Of a DNA stretch of 64,000 nucleotides, positions 60,428 through 64,000 are shown piece after piece. Each line of letters begins with the position of its first letter. Position 1 is the stretch's first letter. The stretch comes from Phoronis australis (lineage: Eukaryota; Animalia; Phoronida). Under the pieces are notes generated by a model that was not told the origin of the DNA, did no database searches, and saw nothing but the letters and a program-made list of their open reading frames with translations. The DNA is taken from the NCBI GenBank assembly GCA_002633005.1, contig NMRA01000053.1:590151-654150 (forward strand), read 5' to 3'. A program made the translations under genes and the position numbers.

Positions 60428-63400
60428 CTGCAAACGCATGATTTGAATATTTTACAACACCATCGATGCTGTATTTCTTACAATGTCCAGTTAAGAAACA
60501 GGCCTGATAAAAAATAAAACATTAAAGCTACTTTCATTTCGTCTTCCTCATCGCATCTCCATTCTTCCCATTCCTCGCCTATCCCTTCCATATTTTGTGC
60601 AGTCAATACTTTTTGAAGGTAAGTCTTTCCATTCTAGGCAAGTTATCTAAATCCAACAGTACTTTTTCCCGTCCCCAATCCGTGGTTTCTATTGCATGAC
60701 GTTGTCTGTTAACTAAACATGAATGTTTTGAAATGAGCTCTTACCAATCCTACCTTCGTCATGGACATAGTGCTGTGAATCACTGGCCGGAGCGCATGAC
60801 TGTGAAAAAATACAATACTGTATGAACTATTGAAATAAAAACAGAGTGCAGGTGACCTAGTGCTTTTTTCGGTACATCAGGTGGGTTTAGGCAGCAAAGC
60901 CGGGCCCATTATACTAATTACCTGATTATGACTCATGGGGACCCGACATCATGGGATTCCGACTATGGACATCTGGTTTGAATTCTAATTTGATTAATGG
61001 TTTATTCAGCAATACTCTAACGTCCGGACAATCCGCTTGATTTAGTTGATTTCAAGTGTAGTATTAGTTGGACCGAGAATGTCAACCCTCGGAAATGCAC
61101 GTGCTTGTCAACTGATGGCAAATGGAACGTACTGCATACGCTGAAACTGTATGCATTCCCGTAACCTTTGAAAGACACCTTTAAACATATTTAAACTGAT
61201 TGAAAAAACCCAGAGATGCATGTCAACACGTCTTCGTCAAGATACTACCTGAAACCTAAATTTCAAATTTTATTTTAACTGTAATCAGGCGGTGAATAAT
61301 TTGCCTAGAAATATTTGGAATAAATCCTTGAGGATTTGGCTGTTTGGGATACCTAAACAGACATTTAACCCTTTGGGTTGACAAGTGGCCCTTACAGGTA
61401 GGTTTACAAGTTTTATGCATTTGGCTCCAGCCTTCACAATGTTTGAAACGACAACATTGAACTTACGTGCTGAAACTCCTCCACGCTCTTGCTGCTTAGG
61501 GTTTTCGTGTTGCTGTTGGGTGTACTCGTTTCGTCTAAGCACATTGGAATGGTTTGTTCAGGCGATTCTACGTTAAAAAACAACATAATAAACAATCGCC
61601 TTTCGCTACGTGTTCAAGATGAAAATTTCGGGTATTAGTCGAGTTCTAGAGCAAAATAGTGGCAAAGCTCAAAGGTAAATACCAACGCAAGCCGTTGTTA
61701 TGGGCCCATAAAAGATGTAAGATCACGTGTAAAATTACTTTGCCTCCTGCAAACGCATATTTTGATTATATTTCAACACCATCGATGCTGTATTTCTTAC
61801 AATGTCCAGTTAAGAATCAGGCCTGATAAAAAATAAAACATTAAAGCTACTTTCATTTCGTCTTCATCGTCGCATCTCCATTCTTCCTATTCCTCGCCTA
61901 TCCCTTCCATATTTTATGCAATCAATACCTTTTTGAAGGTAGGACTTTCCATTCTAGGCAAGTTATATAAATCCAAAAGTACTTTTTCCCGTCCCCAATC
62001 CGTGGTTTCTATTGCATGACGTTGTCTGTTAACTAAACATGAATGTTTTGAAATGAGCTCTTACCAATCCTACCTTCGTCATGGACATAGTGCTGTGAAT
62101 CACTGGCCGGAGCGCATGACTGTGAAAAAAATACAATACTGTATGAACTATGGAAATAAAAACAGAGTGCAGGTGACCTAGTGCTTTTTTCGGTACATCA
62201 TGTGGGTTTAGGCAGCAAAGCCGGGCCCATTACACTTATGCCTGACTATGACTCATGGGGACCCGCCATCATGGGTTTCCAACTATGGACATCTGATTTG
62301 AATTCTAAATTGATTAATGGTTTATTCAGTAATACTCTGACGTCAGGACAATCCGCTTCATTCAGTTGATTTCAAGTGTAGTATCAGCTGGACCGATAAC
62401 GTCAACCCTTGCAAATGCACGTGGTTGTCAACTGATGGATGACGGCAAATGGAACGTACTGCATACGTTGAAACTGTATTCATTCCCGCAACCTTAGAAA
62501 GATACCTTTAAACATGTTTAAATTGAATGAAATAACCCAGAGATGCATGTCAACACGTCTTCGTCAAGATACTACCCGAAACCTAAATTTCAAATTTTAT
62601 TTTAACTGTAATCAGGCGGTGACTAATTTGCCTAGAAATCTTCGGAGTAAACCCTTGAGGATTTGGCTGTTTGTATACCTAAACAGACATTTAAGCCTTT
62701 GGATTGACAAGTAGCCAAAACATCCAAATCATGTAGGTCTACAAGTTTTATGAATTCGGCTCCAGCCTGCACAATGTTTGAAAATAACAACATTGAACTT
62801 ACGTGCTGAAACTCGTCCACGGTATAGCTGCATAGGCTTACAGTGCTGCTGTTGGGTGTACTCGTTTCGTCTAAGCACTTTGGAATGGTTTGTTCAGGCG
62901 ATCCTACGTTAAAAACAACAGAAGAAACAATCGCCTTTCGCTTCGTGTTCAAGATGAAAATTTCGGGTAACAGCCGAGTTGTGGAGCAAAATTGTGGCAA
63001 AGCGCAAAGGTAAATACCAAAACAAAGCATTGTTATGAGCCCATAAAAGATGTAAGATCACGTGTAAAATAACTTTGCCTCCTGCAAATGCATGTTTTGA
63101 TTATTGTTCGACACCGTCGATGCTGTATGTCTTACAATGTCCAGTTAAGAAAGAGGCCTGATAAAAAATAAAACATTAAAGCTACTTTCATTTCATCTTC
63201 CACATCGCATCTCCATCCTTCCTATTCCTCGTCTATCCCTTCCATATTTTGTGCAGTCAATACTTTTTTGAAGGTAGGTTTTTCCATTCTAGACAAGTTA
63301 TCTAAATCCAAAAGTACTTTTTTCCAGTCCCCAATCCGTGGTTTCTATTGCATGACGTTGTCTGTTACTTAAACTAGAATGATTTGAAATGAGCTCTTTC

Positions 63401-63730
63401 CAATCCTACCTTCGTCATGGACGTAGTGCTGTGAACCACTCGCCGGAGCGCATGACTGTGAAAAAAATACATTACTGTATGAACTATGGACATAAAAACA
63501 GAAATGCAGGTGGCCTAGTGCCTTTGAGGTACATCAGGTGGGTTTAGGCAGCAAAGCCGTACCCATTACACTAATTACCTGATTATGACTCATGGGGACC
63601 AGACATCATGGGTTTTCAACTATGGACATCTGATTTTAATTCTAATTTGATTAATGGTTTATTCAGTAATACTCTAACATCAGGACAATCCGCTTGATTT
63701 AGTTGATTTCAAGTGTAGTATCAGTTGGAC
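60428..63730. repeat. Tandem repeat, ~1.32 kb unit, ~2.5 copies
   Basis: Units start at ctgcaaa(c/t)gcat at 60428, 61747 and 63082 (spacing 1319 and 1335) and are highly similar. The third copy is interrupted at ~63731. Confidence 0.95.
60478..63455 (-). CDS. Repeated small exons, probably the 3' end of a neighbouring gene entering from the right
   Basis: Exon A, 68 nt (62803-62870, 61467-61534; DETSTPNS..V(D/E)EFQH, phase 1-0). Exon B, 46 nt (63410-63455, 62074-62119, 60754-60799; SCAPAS(D/G)SQHYVHDE, phase 0-1). Exon C with stop (63132-63157, 61797-61822, 60478-60503; GL(F/I)LNWTL*). Synonymous differences between copies: GCC/GCG, TAT/TAC, CTG/CTC. Confidence 0.5.
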
Positions 63731-64000
63731 CATAGACTATAGTACATGGACCGCCAACTCCGTATACTTTCAATGGACGAAATCTGTGAGCTTACGCACA
63801 AGCCTTTACGTCATTATTCACTGGCGACACCTGGCTAAATTATCTGGTGTAATTTCCGGCAAGTACGTCGTCTGCTAATCATGGTCGGTTGCTGTGTGGC
63901 CGGTTGTTCGGCTACGCAGGCGAAATGCAGAGGCGTTAGCTTCCATAGTGTACGGAGACCCCAAAATCCGTTGTGGGAGAAAAAGTTATGTTCTCGCGTC

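Overview
AT-rich, intron- and transposon-rich eukaryotic DNA, most likely from an invertebrate; a lophotrochozoan-like origin is an inference from the gene and repeat families. Manual splice-site and phase tracing on the minus strand gives one continuous multi-exon gene from about 54784 (or 57570) down to a stop at 7531. It has 24-25 coding exons and encodes about 1205 aa, plus about 107 aa if the second CARD exon is used. The architecture is unusual: (CARD)-CARD - TRADD-N-like - long coiled coil - linker - VWA (intact MIDAS) - MIB/HERC2 (degenerate) - MIB/HERC2 (canonical) - WWE. The CARD exon lies in an ~3 kb tandem duplication, and both copies are intact but diverged. At the right end a ~1.32 kb unit is repeated ~2.5 times and carries small minus-strand exons, apparently from a neighbouring gene. 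Introns contain Academ-like, hAT-like and Kolobok-like DNA elements, a decayed Ty3/gypsy pol, LINE 3' ends, MITEs and microsatellites. All domain calls are by-eye motif recognition; no searches were run.
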